64,000 nt of DNA from a virus (lineage: Duplodnaviria > Caudoviricetes): positions 20,953 through 84,952 of IMG/VR virus record IMGVR_UViG_2565956830_000008, one strand, 5' to 3'. Under the pieces are notes generated by a model. It saw only the letters and a program-made list of their open reading frames with translations. It made no database searches and had not been told where the DNA came from. Position numbers and translations under genes: made by a program. Every line of letters begins with the position of its first letter. Position 1 is the stretch's first letter. Shown here one piece after another: positions 1-9,695 of this stretch.

Positions 1-115
1 GGGACAGCCCAAGGTCGACCCATGCCCCAGAGGCGGCCGACCCGAGGTCAACGCCTGCCGGTAGTACGGCGAAGCCATGACCGCCGGTGTCGACACTGGC
101 GGCGGTACCGGTCAT
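1..115 (-). CDS. 5' part of a probable virion protein (MTGTAASVDTGGHGFAVLPAGVDLGSAASGAWVDLGLS...), runs off the window edge
   Basis: ATG overlaps stop of upstream gene (TGATG at 113-117); VDLGSAASGAWV resembles VSLDAAAANTWV of 804..1448. Confidence 0.6.
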   Translation of the reverse strand, partial: MTGTAASVDTGGHGFAVLPAGVDLGSAASGAWVDLGLS

Positions 116-804
116 CAGTCGCTCACCTTTTGCCAGAAGATCCCCTGCTGGGGGATGCCGCCGGTCAGGTAGTGCTGGAGATTGGCGTTGGCCAGCGTTC
201 CCCCGTCGCCGGTGCCCCGCAGCCCTCGGATCTCGTACGTCGTCGGCGCTGTGATGGTGACGAACCCTTCGCACACCGCGTTTCCGCCGATGCTCTTGAG
301 GCCGGTTTCCGGGTTCACCGTGCCGGGTTCGTCGTGGAGGAGCACCCACCGCGGGCTGCCGGGGACAAACGCATTCGTCGCGGTGTTGAACCACAGAGCC
401 GACATGGACGCGATGTGCCGGCCGTTGAAATTCCACGTGGCGAGGCCGAACACGTGGGCGGTGAGCCGGTAGACGCCCGGCTCGGGGAGCAGCACCTGAC
501 TGAACGGCATCACCACCTGCTGGCCCTGAGCCGACGTGCGCAGGTCCGCCTGACCGCCGTTACGGGACCCGAACACCGGCGTTAGCCGGGCCCCCACCGT
601 CCAGTTCTCCGGACACGCCCCGGCGGCCGGGGGTGTCACGTCCACGTCTACCGAGCGCTCGGTCGACACAGCGCCACCTGGGGCGATGCCCGTGACCTCT
701 GTACGCGGCACGAGCAGGCCACTCGCGGTTTCCTTCAGGGCGTTGCACGCCGCCGAATCCAGCTTCGGGTCGATGCGGTACGTACGACCGCAGGCTCCGG
801 CCAT
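115..804 (-). CDS. Putative virion/fibre-like protein, paralog of 804..1448
   Basis: Start MAGACG at 804 overlaps upstream stop; shares ~75 aa N-terminal block and LPEpGvY motif with neighbour. Confidence 0.75.
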   Translation of the reverse strand: MAGACGRTYRIDPKLDSAACNALKETASGLLVPRTEVTGIAPGGAVSTERSVDVDVTPPAAGACPENWTVGARLTPVFGSRNGGQADLRTSAQGQQVVMPFSQVLLPEPGVYRLTAHVFGLATWNFNGRHIASMSALWFNTATNAFVPGSPRWVLLHDEPGTVNPETGLKSIGGNAVCEGFVTITAPTTYEIRGLRGTGDGGTLANANLQHYLTGGIPQQGIFWQKVSD

Positions 805-1448
805 CAGTCGCTCACCTTTTTGAAGCGGAAGTTCGTGGCCCAGACGACTTTCTGTGAGGTGGTTCCGGCGTCGGTACGCCATGACCCGTCAACGCGGATC
901 GTTGTCGGGCCGGCCACCTGGTACAGCGCCGCCGCCGAGGCGTTGGCCTGGATTCCGGTCGTGCCCGTGGCGGTCTGATCGGTGAACAGGATGATTCGCC
1001 GTGCAGTCAGCGGGACCTGGGCGCCGGCGGTGACGTCGAAGACTCGGGCGTCGATGATCGCGTTGCTGACACCGGCCGCCCACCCGATGGACCCCTGAAC
1101 GTCGGCGACCACCTCGTAGATGCCGGCCTCCGGCAGCACCAGCTGCGCCCCGGTGACGGGAACCCACGTGTTGGCGGCAGCAGCGTCAAGGGACACAACC
1201 CCCGAGGTCTGCCCGGATACGGGCGTGAGGCGGGCGCCGACCGTCCACGTCTCCGGGCAGGCCCCCGCCGCGGGGGCCGTCACGTCTACGTCGACTGACC
1301 GCGCAGTGCCGACTGCTGTTCCGGGGGCGATGCCGGCCAGTTCGGTGCGCGGCACCAGCAGTCCTGACGCCGTCTGTTCGAGGGCGTTACAGGGCGCCGG
1401 ATCCAGACGCGGGACGACGCGAGTTGATCCGCAGCAGCTACCGGCCAT
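804..1448 (-). CDS. Putative virion/fibre-like protein
   Basis: 214 aa, TGATG-coupled, in structural operon, beta-rich C-terminus. Confidence 0.75.
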   Translation of the reverse strand: MAGSCCGSTRVVPRLDPAPCNALEQTASGLLVPRTELAGIAPGTAVGTARSVDVDVTAPAAGACPETWTVGARLTPVSGQTSGVVSLDAAAANTWVPVTGAQLVLPEAGIYEVVADVQGSIGWAAGVSNAIIDARVFDVTAGAQVPLTARRIILFTDQTATGTTGIQANASAAALYQVAGPTTIRVDGSWRTDAGTTSQKVVWATNFRFKKVSD

Positions 1449-1660
1449 CAGTCACCGACCGGGGCCGGGGGGAAAGGCGAGGTAGAGGCGTCCGGCAGGC
1501 TCGCGAGATAGGCGGCCTCGTCGACCTCCACATAGCCGAGCTCGAAGTACGGCGCCGGGTCCCTCAGGTTGTAGACGACCTGCACGCCCTCGCCGTCCTT
1601 CATGAAGTAGCGCGGGCCACCCGCCGGGCGCGGCGTGGTCTCGGGGGTCTCGTCGCTCAT
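1448..1660 (-). CDS. Small hypothetical protein (70 aa, MSDETPETT...)
   Basis: Fills gap in coupled operon, GAGG upstream. Confidence 0.7.
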   Translation of the reverse strand: MSDETPETTPRPAGGPRYFMKDGEGVQVVYNLRDPAPYFELGYVEVDEAAYLASLPDASTSPFPPAPVGD

Positions 1661-1667
1661 CAGCGCC

Positions 1668-3656
1668 TCACTTCCAGGTCCAGTTGAGGAGGTAGTTCGC
1701 GGCGGCTGTAGCGCCCGCGAATTCGGCGGCAGCAAGGGCGGTGTCGCTGTCCTGGGCGACGGACCACGTCATGGTCATCCCGGTCGGGATCGTCACGTTC
1801 GTGCCGTCGCTCATCGTGGCCAGGACGCTGCCGCTCAGGACGCTCAGGGTGACGCTCTGCAGGCTCGGGAACGCTGCGGCGATGTCCTGTGCCGTGGTGC
1901 CGGTGACGTTGCGGACGCCCGTACTCAGCGGCGCAGGCAGGACGTCGGCGGTGGTGCACTCAACGGGCGCGGTCGGCGTGTACGGCTTGGTGAGGTCACC
2001 GTCCAGGTAGGTGCCGAGCAGCTCGGGAGCGGCCCCTCCACACGGGTCGACAGCCCACAGTTCGGTGTACGTGGCGTCACCGAGGCCGTCGCCGTCGGTG
2101 TCGTCGCACCCGCAGCGTTCGACGATCTGCCGCGTGCAGGACTGGCAGGCGCCGACAGTCCCGGTCGGCGTGTAGGCGGTGGTCCCGTCGAGAGCGGTGT
2201 CCCCGGCGGCCGTGACCGCGCCGGTGGTGTTGTCGACGGTCCAGTGCCGCAGGAACTGAGTCACTGTGCCGTCCGCCGCCGTATCGCACAGCACCTGCTG
2301 AAGGTGGTCGATCTCCTCGGCTGAGGCGTCGCACACCCCGACCGTGCCGCTCGGCGTATACGCGGCCCCGGCAAGGGTGTAGTCCGAGAAGCCGACGACG
2401 GCGCCGTTCTCGTCGCGCCGGAAGTCGCGGACGAACGGGGTCACGGTGCCGTCCGCCGCGGTGTCGCACAGCTGGACGAGGTCCTGTTCCGGCTGGTCCA
2501 CTCCATCCGGGCACACGCTGACCGTGCCCTGCGGGGTGTACGTGGTGCCGGTGGTGGCGTCGACGAGGCGCACGGAGGCGATCGCGCCGCTCGCGTCGTA
2601 GCTGTACTCGATGAGGACCAGGCCGACGACGTTGCCAGCCGCGTCCACATCACAGAAGGTCCCCGAGACCTGGATGGAGCGGGAGTCGCCGCATGCGAGG
2701 GTCCCGGCCGGCGGAGCCCCTGCGGAGAACGCGCCAGTCGTGAGATTGATCCAGCCCTCGGAGGTGACGGCGCCGGTGCAGTCCCGTACCACGGTGACGG
2801 CGATCGGCGTCCCGTCCGCGAGGCACAGCCCGACCGTGGCCGTCGGAGTGGTCGGAGAGGCGCAGTCGCTGACGGGCAGGCACGCGCCGACGGTGCCGGT
2901 CGGGGTGTAGGCGGTCACGCCATCGAGGAGAGCGTCCGCGGTGGTGGTCGTCGTGCCGTCGCTGGTGAACGTCCGCAGGAACGGCACGCTGCTGCCGTCC
3001 GCCTGGACGTCGCACAGGAGTTGCGTCGAGCGGTCCGCCGCGGCGGGGCACGGGACGATAGCGGGCGCGGTGAGCGTCGCGCCGGTCTCCGCGTCAAGGT
3101 AGGAGACGGCCGGGTCGCCGCACGCAGCGCACTTCAGGACTGCCGCAGTGCGCGTGGCTCCGCCGCCGGCGTCGTAGCAGACCGTTCCCAGGACGACCGG
3201 GGTGTCCGCGGTGGCGTCCGGGCAGTCGGCGGGGGCCGTCGGCGTGTAAGGCTGCGCGAAGTCCCCGTCTCGGTAAGTGCCGAGGAGCTGCGGGGCGCCG
3301 CCGTCGCAGGGGTCGAGCGCCCACACCTCGACGTAGGTGACGTCTCCGGTGCCGTCGGCGTTGGTGTCGTCGCAGCGGGTGCGCGTGCTGATCTGCCGGG
3401 CGCACTGGTCGCTCTGGGGGCCGCAGACGCCGAGCGTGCCGGTCGGCGTGTACGGGGCGCCAGTCGTCGGGTTGACGATCCGTGTCCCGACCCGGGCGCC
3501 GCTGCTCGTGTCGTAGACGGGCTCGACGAGGGCGAGGCCGGCCACGGTGCCGTCCGCGAGGACGTCGCACAGCAGCACCGTTTCCACGTCGACCCGCGCG
3601 GCGGCCGGAGTGGCGCTCATGATGATGGGGGTCTGGCCGCAGCCGCAACCGCTCAC
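1668..3656 (-). CDS. Cys-rich repeat protein, probably virion-associated (662 aa)
   Basis: Repeated LCD..DG...YTP.GTVG.C and CDDT.GDG..D.TY.E.W modules; follows capsid genes. Confidence 0.8.
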   Translation of the reverse strand: MSGCGCGQTPIIMSATPAAARVDVETVLLCDVLADGTVAGLALVEPVYDTSSGARVGTRIVNPTTGAPYTPTGTLGVCGPQSDQCARQISTRTRCDDTNADGTGDVTYVEVWALDPCDGGAPQLLGTYRDGDFAQPYTPTAPADCPDATADTPVVLGTVCYDAGGGATRTAAVLKCAACGDPAVSYLDAETGATLTAPAIVPCPAAADRSTQLLCDVQADGSSVPFLRTFTSDGTTTTTADALLDGVTAYTPTGTVGACLPVSDCASPTTPTATVGLCLADGTPIAVTVVRDCTGAVTSEGWINLTTGAFSAGAPPAGTLACGDSRSIQVSGTFCDVDAAGNVVGLVLIEYSYDASGAIASVRLVDATTGTTYTPQGTVSVCPDGVDQPEQDLVQLCDTAADGTVTPFVRDFRRDENGAVVGFSDYTLAGAAYTPSGTVGVCDASAEEIDHLQQVLCDTAADGTVTQFLRHWTVDNTTGAVTAAGDTALDGTTAYTPTGTVGACQSCTRQIVERCGCDDTDGDGLGDATYTELWAVDPCGGAAPELLGTYLDGDLTKPYTPTAPVECTTADVLPAPLSTGVRNVTGTTAQDIAAAFPSLQSVTLSVLSGSVLATMSDGTNVTIPTGMTMTWSVAQDSDTALAAAEFAGATAAANYLLNWTWK

Positions 3657-6358
3657 AGGTCTACTCCCTCAGTCCAGTTGACGACGACAGCACCCGTCGT
3701 CGCGGTGATCGTCAGTGGCCCGATGAGCCGCACATCCATGTCTCTGGTGATGGACCACTGGGCGGTCTCGCCGTCGAAGAGCGCGCTCGTGCCGTCAGCG
3801 GTGGTGACGGTGCCGGTGCCGCCTCGGGCGGTCGCCTGGATAGCGCGCAGCGTGCCGTACTGGGAGGCGTCCCACACCTTGCCCGGGACGAGCTGTACGC
3901 GGTGTGCCTGGACGCCTGCGGGGCGCTCGACGACCGGGTCCGGCGCGTCGCAGTCGACCGGCGCAACCGGCGTGTACGGCGCCGACAGGTCGCAGGTGTA
4001 CGTGCCGAGCGGGGTGGGCGTGCCCGTGCAGTCGACGCCGAGGAGTTCGACGTACCAGGCGTCGGCGATGCCGTCGCCGTCCGTGTCGTCGCACTTCTCC
4101 GCCTGCACGATGTTCCGTGCCGGGCACGGTGGTTCGGGGCAGCACTCCCCGCCGCCGGCCTGGCACTGGCCGGGCTCGCCGGTGACCGTGTACGGCTGCC
4201 CGTCGAGGGTGGTGTCCGTGACGGTGAGGACGGCGCCGGTCTCGCAGTCCGTGATGACGTTGCGCACGAACTGCGTAGCGCATCCGGTCTGGTCGTAGAC
4301 GACGGTTGCGTGGAACTGGGACAGCTGCCACGAGGTGTGGCGCACCCCCGGGCAGATGCCGCCGCTGTCGTCGTAGGCGTCGAACGCGAGCAGGACGGTG
4401 ATGTTCCCGGCGGCGAGGTCGGCGGCCGGGACGTCGGCCTCGACCGTGAGCGTCCCCGTCCACCCGGCGGGAGTGTTCTTCGGGGCGAGGTCCAGGGCGA
4501 TGCGGTTCGCGTCGCCGGGCCCGTTGTAGAGGCCGATGAAACCGGTGGAGGCGCACCCGTCATCCGGGCCGAGCTGGGCGGCGTCGACCTGCACCGACAC
4601 GTGGGCGGTACCGGCGTCGCAGACCGGCCGCGGCGCCTGGATGGTCGCCGCGGCGGTGCGCACAGTGCCGGTCGTGCCCGGCTGCGGCCCCGCAGCCTGC
4701 GGGAGGGTGAGCGTGCCGCCGTCCCACAGCACTTGGGCGCCGGCCGTGGCCACACCGGTGCTGTACGGGTAGTACGGGCCTGGGTCGTTGTCTGTGACGG
4801 TCGGGGTCGGCGTGCCGTCGGTCGGCAGGTCACACAGGAGGAGCGTGCTGCTGTTGCGGCATGGCTCCGTGGGCGCGCCTTCGCAGACGTCGACGGTGCC
4901 CGTCGGCTGGTAGTTCGCCCCGGCGAGCGTGTAGTCCGTGTGCCCGACGATCTGCCCGTTCTCGTCGCGCCGGTAGTCGCGGATGAACCGGGTCACGGTG
5001 CCGTCCGCTGCGATGTCGCAGAGGACGACGAGGTCTTGTTCCGGCTGGTCGACGCCAGCCGGGCAGGTCGTGATCGTGCCCTGCGCGGTGTAGGTCTGGC
5101 CGGTGGTGGCGTCGACGAGGCGGACGCTCGAGACGCTGCCGTCTGCCGCGTAGGTGTACTCGATCAGGACCAGGCCGACGACGTTCCCGTTCGCGTCGAC
5201 GTCGCAGAAGGTGCCGGTCGTTGTGATGCTGCGGGACTCGCCGCACGCCATGACCCCGGCTGGGGGCTGTCCGGTCGAGTAGGCGCCGGTCGTGAGGTTG
5301 ATCCAGCCCTCTTCGCGGGTGACGCCCTGGCAGTCGCGGGTGACGACGACGGCGATCGGGGTCCCGTCGGCGAGACACAAGCCCACGGTGGCGGCCGGTT
5401 CGCGCGGCTGGTCGCAGTCCGAGGTCTGGGCGCAGTCGCGGATGGTGCCGGACACGATGTGCGGCGTCTCACCGTCGAGCGCGACGTCTACGAAGGACGC
5501 GGTCCCGTCGGACAGGAACGTGAACCGGCGCAGGAAGGGGCCGCCGTCATCGCACAGGAGTTGCGTATGGCATTGCACCGATCCGTACTCGCAGTCGACT
5601 GGCGCAACCGGCGTGTACGGCTTCGACGGGTCGTCCTGGTAGGTGAGGACCAGCTCAGTCGTGCCGTCCTGCTTGACGCACCACAGCTCGCTGTACGTGG
5701 TGTCGGCGGCGCCGTCCCCGGTGGTGTCGTCGCAGCGGGTCACACAGATCGTGTCGACGCAGTCCTGGGTGCACACGCCGACCGTGCCGGTCACGATGTG
5801 CGGGGTCTGCCCGTCCAGGGCGACATCCTCGAACGTCGCCTGTCCGTTCAGGAAGGTGTAGCGGCGCAGGAACGGGCCGCTGGCGTGGCACAGCAGCTGG
5901 GTGTGGCACTCGACGCTGCCGTACTCGCAGTCGACCGGGCTGGTCGGCGTGTAGGGCGTTGAAGGGTCATCCTGGTAGGTGAGGACCAGCTCGGTCGTGC
6001 CGTCCTGCTTGACGCACCACAGCTCGCTGTACGTGGTGTCGGCAGCACCGTCCCCGGTGGTGTCGTCGCAGCGGGTGACACAGATCGTGTCGACACAGCC
6101 GCCGCAGCCGTCACACGGCGCGGCATCGGCCGGGGCGGGGCCCACGGTGAAAGCGCCGGTGGCTGGGTCGACCCAGCCGACGACCTGCGGCTGGGTCGGC
6201 GGCGCGTCGCAACCGGTGCACCCGGACTCGACGACGACGATGATCGTGGTGCAGTCCGGGCGGCACAGCAGCGTCGAGGTGATCGACGGGGCGCAGCACG
6301 CTTCCCCTGTGCCGCCACCGCCGCCGCCACAGGCGCATGGGATGGGCGTTACTGCCAT
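3653..6358 (-). CDS. Cys-rich repeat protein, probably virion-associated (~901 aa)
   Basis: Same modules as 1668..3656, internal 112 aa duplication, one unique ~190 aa insert. Confidence 0.8.
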   Translation of the reverse strand: MAVTPIPCACGGGGGGTGEACCAPSITSTLLCRPDCTTIIVVVESGCTGCDAPPTQPQVVGWVDPATGAFTVGPAPADAAPCDGCGGCVDTICVTRCDDTTGDGAADTTYSELWCVKQDGTTELVLTYQDDPSTPYTPTSPVDCEYGSVECHTQLLCHASGPFLRRYTFLNGQATFEDVALDGQTPHIVTGTVGVCTQDCVDTICVTRCDDTTGDGAADTTYSELWCVKQDGTTELVLTYQDDPSKPYTPVAPVDCEYGSVQCHTQLLCDDGGPFLRRFTFLSDGTASFVDVALDGETPHIVSGTIRDCAQTSDCDQPREPAATVGLCLADGTPIAVVVTRDCQGVTREEGWINLTTGAYSTGQPPAGVMACGESRSITTTGTFCDVDANGNVVGLVLIEYTYAADGSVSSVRLVDATTGQTYTAQGTITTCPAGVDQPEQDLVVLCDIAADGTVTRFIRDYRRDENGQIVGHTDYTLAGANYQPTGTVDVCEGAPTEPCRNSSTLLLCDLPTDGTPTPTVTDNDPGPYYPYSTGVATAGAQVLWDGGTLTLPQAAGPQPGTTGTVRTAAATIQAPRPVCDAGTAHVSVQVDAAQLGPDDGCASTGFIGLYNGPGDANRIALDLAPKNTPAGWTGTLTVEADVPAADLAAGNITVLLAFDAYDDSGGICPGVRHTSWQLSQFHATVVYDQTGCATQFVRNVITDCETGAVLTVTDTTLDGQPYTVTGEPGQCQAGGGECCPEPPCPARNIVQAEKCDDTDGDGIADAWYVELLGVDCTGTPTPLGTYTCDLSAPYTPVAPVDCDAPDPVVERPAGVQAHRVQLVPGKVWDASQYGTLRAIQATARGGTGTVTTADGTSALFDGETAQWSITRDMDVRLIGPLTITATTGAVVVNWTEGVDL
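5461..6095. repeat. Intragenic tandem duplication, period 336 bp
   Basis: ccacagctcgctgtacgtgg at 5681 and 6017; protein block CVDTICVTRCDDTTGDGAADTTYSELWCVKQDG occurs twice. Confidence 0.9.
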
Positions 6359-6798
6359 CACTCCACCTCCGGGTGCGCCTGGCGGCGGTGGGTGTCACGG
6401 CCGCGCGCGGTACCGAACGGCCGGGAGCAGACGTCGCAGACGATGGCCGCGCCCTCCCCCTCTGAGGGCGCGGCACCAGCCGGGGCCGGCCGCTGCTCCG
6501 GCTCCGGCAGCTGAACAGCGTCGGGCCCGTACGCTGCTTCGGGAACCTCGGGCAGAGGCTCGCCCGGGACGCCGGTGTGCCACTGCGACGCGGCGGCGAG
6601 GGCCTCGTCTTCGAGCGGGGACCGGTAGGGATGCCCGTCGACGGTGGCTCCGATGAGGAGCTCCTCGGGCATGTGCGTGAACAGGTGAGGCGGGACCGAG
6701 AACGCGCTCGGGGCGCAGGTGCGGACCTTCGGCGTCTGCCGGACGGCCCACTTGGCGAACTCCACGCGCATGGTGCTCGACGGCTGCACGGTGATCAT
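6358..6798 (-). CDS. Hypothetical protein with C-terminal C2H2-type Zn finger (146 aa)
   Basis: TGATG overlap at 6796-6800; CDVCSRPFGTARGRDTHRRQAH. Confidence 0.75.
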   Translation of the reverse strand: MITVQPSSTMRVEFAKWAVRQTPKVRTCAPSAFSVPPHLFTHMPEELLIGATVDGHPYRSPLEDEALAAASQWHTGVPGEPLPEVPEAAYGPDAVQLPEPEQRPAPAGAAPSEGEGAAIVCDVCSRPFGTARGRDTHRRQAHPEVE

Positions 6799-7640
6799 CA
6801 GCACGGACACAGCGACACCCTTATGGCTGCTGCCTCGCAGCACGCGACTTCGATGACGAAGCTGCGCTCGGCGAGGACGAAACGGTCGTTGGTCGTGATG
6901 CGGAAGCTCTCCGCGTCGGTGCCGGGCACGATCGCGGGCGCCTCGCGGCGGACCCGGAGGGGCCCAGTCACGTACAGCCACGCTTCGCCGTCCGGGGCCT
7001 GCGTGCAGTCCGCACCGCCCACGTTCAGGGCGTAACCGGCCCCGAAGATGACGCCGTTGCCCATGAGGGTCTCCGGGCACTGGGTGTCCCGCGTGCGGGT
7101 GACCACGTTGCAGCAGCCCATCAGGGCTGCGGCGGCGGCCGGGACGTGGAGGAGGCCCTGCCCGCCGTAGTTTTCGGCGAGCCACCCTTCGAGCGCGGCC
7201 ACGCCCTGCGCGACGGGGACTGCGGCACCGGGGGTGAGGTCCACGGACATGTCGCAGAGGACGTCCCGCATGAACCACTCTTCCAGCGCCCGCTGTTCTC
7301 CCATGCGGAGCGTCTCGCGGGCGTGCTGCACGGCCTCGTCGTACGGCCAGCCGACCGTGCCGCAGGTGACGCCGGCGTAGATCGTGATCGGCGAGGCGGA
7401 GCACACGCCGGGCCGCTCGAACGTCTTCATCGTCGGGCCGGGTGTGCTGCTGCCGTCGGGGCACCACTCCCAGTCGTGCGCCGCCGCGCAGGACAGCGGC
7501 ATCCACTCGGTGCCGAGAAGCTCGTGCACGTCGGCCACGTCTTCGATCTCGACGCAACCGCCGAGGATGCCGTACGGCGACGGGTTACCCGGGATCGGGT
7601 CGACGCGCTTACGGAGTCCGGCTGCTGGCATCTGCCTCAC
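6798..7640 (-). CDS. Second capsid protein (major capsid pentamer-like)
   Basis: Directly after MCP, ~280 aa; arrangement resembles cluster B-type actinophages with separate hexamer/pentamer proteins (recalled similarity). Confidence 0.6.
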   Translation of the reverse strand: MRQMPAAGLRKRVDPIPGNPSPYGILGGCVEIEDVADVHELLGTEWMPLSCAAAHDWEWCPDGSSTPGPTMKTFERPGVCSASPITIYAGVTCGTVGWPYDEAVQHARETLRMGEQRALEEWFMRDVLCDMSVDLTPGAAVPVAQGVAALEGWLAENYGGQGLLHVPAAAAALMGCCNVVTRTRDTQCPETLMGNGVIFGAGYALNVGGADCTQAPDGEAWLYVTGPLRVRREAPAIVPGTDAESFRITTNDRFVLAERSFVIEVACCEAAAIRVSLCPC

Positions 7641-7700
7641 CTCCTCTCATCCGGGCAGCCCCGGCAGGGCAGAGGGCCGGGGCTGCGGATGGGGTGGGGG

Positions 7701-9344
7701 TCAGCTGCTGCCTGCGGCGCAGACCAGTTCGAGCTGGGCGCCGGTTGCGCCGTCCGGGCAGACCGGGACGGTGATGAGGCGGGTGTCCACCGAGCGGTCG
7801 ACGAGGGCGACGCACTCCTCCGCGAACAGCGCGGTGTAGTCGTTCGTGACGAACTTCGTGCTGTCGTGAACGACGCCCAAGTTGACCTCCTCGCCACGGC
7901 CGATCTGGATCGAACCGGACGGGTAGACCAGGAAGTTCACGTTGGCCGGCCACTCGGTGGCCGGGGTGGCGGCGCCGATGTCGGACGGGACAGCCGGGGA
8001 CAGGCCGCGCGCGAACTGCACCCGCACACCCAGCGTGGAGAACACGTCCTGGATGCAGGTCGGGGACAGGTCGCAGATGTTGACGCCGTTCTGCCGCGCC
8101 AGGTCGGACAGGAAGAGGTTCCGCGACCACCACGGGAACACGACTTCGAGGGCGATCGTGTCACAGAGGCTGTGGCGCTCGATCATGTCGGCGGCCTGGA
8201 GGGCGACGGCGGCGTAGATCGCCGACAGCGCGCCGAACGTGGGGGCCATGACGACCGGCGTCGCGGTCTGAAGCGCCTGCTGGAACAGGACCTGCTTGAT
8301 GCGGATCTCGTGCGCCACCATCGCGTTGCGCAGGTACCAGGCGACCAGCTCCGGGAAGTGGCGCTGCGTCAGGATGCCCGCCTCCAGGCACACACCGACG
8401 GCGTCACAGCGGACCTCGACCGGGTCCGGGCACGGGATCCGGAAGCACGGCTTGGTGGCGCCGGAGATGTCGTCGGCCTCGGTGTGGACCCACGTCATCG
8501 AGGAAACGTCGAGGCTGAGCGGCTTGTAGTAGCGCAGACCACCGCGCGACAGCTGGATCTCCGGGGCGTCCCACAGCATGTCGGGGCAGGCCACGCCAGT
8601 GATGTCATACAAGGTCTCGCTGGGCGCGCACCAGCCGCCGGAGGCGACGAGGTCACCCTGCGGGAGCCGCGCCTGGTTCTGGGCAGCGAGCGCCACGGTG
8701 GTGCCCTCGGGCGCCGAGCTGGAATCGGTGACGACCAGGTCCTCCGCGAACGGGTGCCGGTAGGAGATGACCTGCCCCACGCCACCGCCGGCCGTCTTCA
8801 GGGCGTTGGCGCGGCTGATGATCCCGGTGACGACCTGCCCGAAGTCGAGCGGAGAACCCGGGGTGTACCCGGGAACGTCCACGGCCGCGGTGATGGTCGT
8901 GCCCGGAGCGGGCGGCTCCGGCAGCACGCGCGGCTGGGAGGCGCGCACGGCACCCAGGTTCAGGACGGTCCGCTTCACGAGGGACGCGGAGGCGGACACC
9001 GCAGGCTCCGCCTCCGGCTCGGGCTCGGCCGGCGTGTCCTCATCGGCCGGGGCGGCGGGTGCCTCCGGCGCTTGCGGAGCCGCCGGGTCGTCGCCGCGAA
9101 CCTTCGCCGCGAGCTGCTCGATCTCCGCAGCGGTGGCCCGCGCAGCGTCGATGCGGTCCTGCTGCTCCTGCCGCATGGCCTCGATACCCGCGGTGAGGGA
9201 GCGCAGCGCCTTGACGTCGTCGGGGGTGACGAGGTTGGACGTGGCCCTGGTGTCGAAGGCCTGAACGGCGCCTTCAAGGGCGGCGGCAAGCTGCTCGTCG
9301 TCCAGGGTGCCGAGGTCTTCGGGAAGCTCGAACGGCTCAGGCAT
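7701..9344 (-). CDS. Major capsid protein (hexamer-type) with N-terminal helical scaffold-like region
   Basis: 547 aa; LVASGGWCAPSETLYD motif; position after protease. Confidence 0.88.
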   Translation of the reverse strand: MPEPFELPEDLGTLDDEQLAAALEGAVQAFDTRATSNLVTPDDVKALRSLTAGIEAMRQEQQDRIDAARATAAEIEQLAAKVRGDDPAAPQAPEAPAAPADEDTPAEPEPEAEPAVSASASLVKRTVLNLGAVRASQPRVLPEPPAPGTTITAAVDVPGYTPGSPLDFGQVVTGIISRANALKTAGGGVGQVISYRHPFAEDLVVTDSSSAPEGTTVALAAQNQARLPQGDLVASGGWCAPSETLYDITGVACPDMLWDAPEIQLSRGGLRYYKPLSLDVSSMTWVHTEADDISGATKPCFRIPCPDPVEVRCDAVGVCLEAGILTQRHFPELVAWYLRNAMVAHEIRIKQVLFQQALQTATPVVMAPTFGALSAIYAAVALQAADMIERHSLCDTIALEVVFPWWSRNLFLSDLARQNGVNICDLSPTCIQDVFSTLGVRVQFARGLSPAVPSDIGAATPATEWPANVNFLVYPSGSIQIGRGEEVNLGVVHDSTKFVTNDYTALFAEECVALVDRSVDTRLITVPVCPDGATGAQLELVCAAGSS

Positions 9345-9458
9345 GACCGGTGTCTCCTAGGGATCAAGGAGACTCGGCCCTAAACCAGCAGTCAGAAACG
9401 AATATTAGCTGCACAGGCGGCCAGCTCAGGCCCAAGAGTGGCCGCCCGTGCCAGGGTG

Positions 9459-9695
9459 TCAGGTAGCGGTGACGCTGGTGGCGTCGGGTGCCGTGCTTTG
9501 GGCTGCGGATGCCTCACCGGGGTCGGGGTCGACGATGCTGCCCGGATAGTTCTTGGCGACCGCCTGTGCCGTGGCCGGGGCGTGGGTTTGGAAGGCGGTC
9601 TTGCCCTTGCCGCCATCGAGGACGACGCGGTACAGGGTGCGTACCGGTGCGGCGGACGCGCTCCTGGGCCGGGGCTTGTTGCAGCCGCACGCCAT
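9459..9695 (-). CDS. Small CxC-start protein (MACGCNKP...)
   Basis: 78 aa, coupled to upstream gene, between protease and MCP. Confidence 0.75.
   Translation of the reverse strand: MACGCNKPRPRSASAAPVRTLYRVVLDGGKGKTAFQTHAPATAQAVAKNYPGSIVDPDPGEASAAQSTAPDATSVTAT

Noticed and set aside
5461-6095. Duplicated segments as a diversity-generating retroelement TR/VR pair
   Set aside because: Both copies are in-frame coding, differences do not look adenine-restricted, and no reverse transcriptase is in the window
9395-9447. Third copy of the late promoter before the capsid gene
   Set aside because: A TAATAT hexamer is present (9402-9407, - strand) but the CTGCGCACTGC box is absent at the 40 bp position
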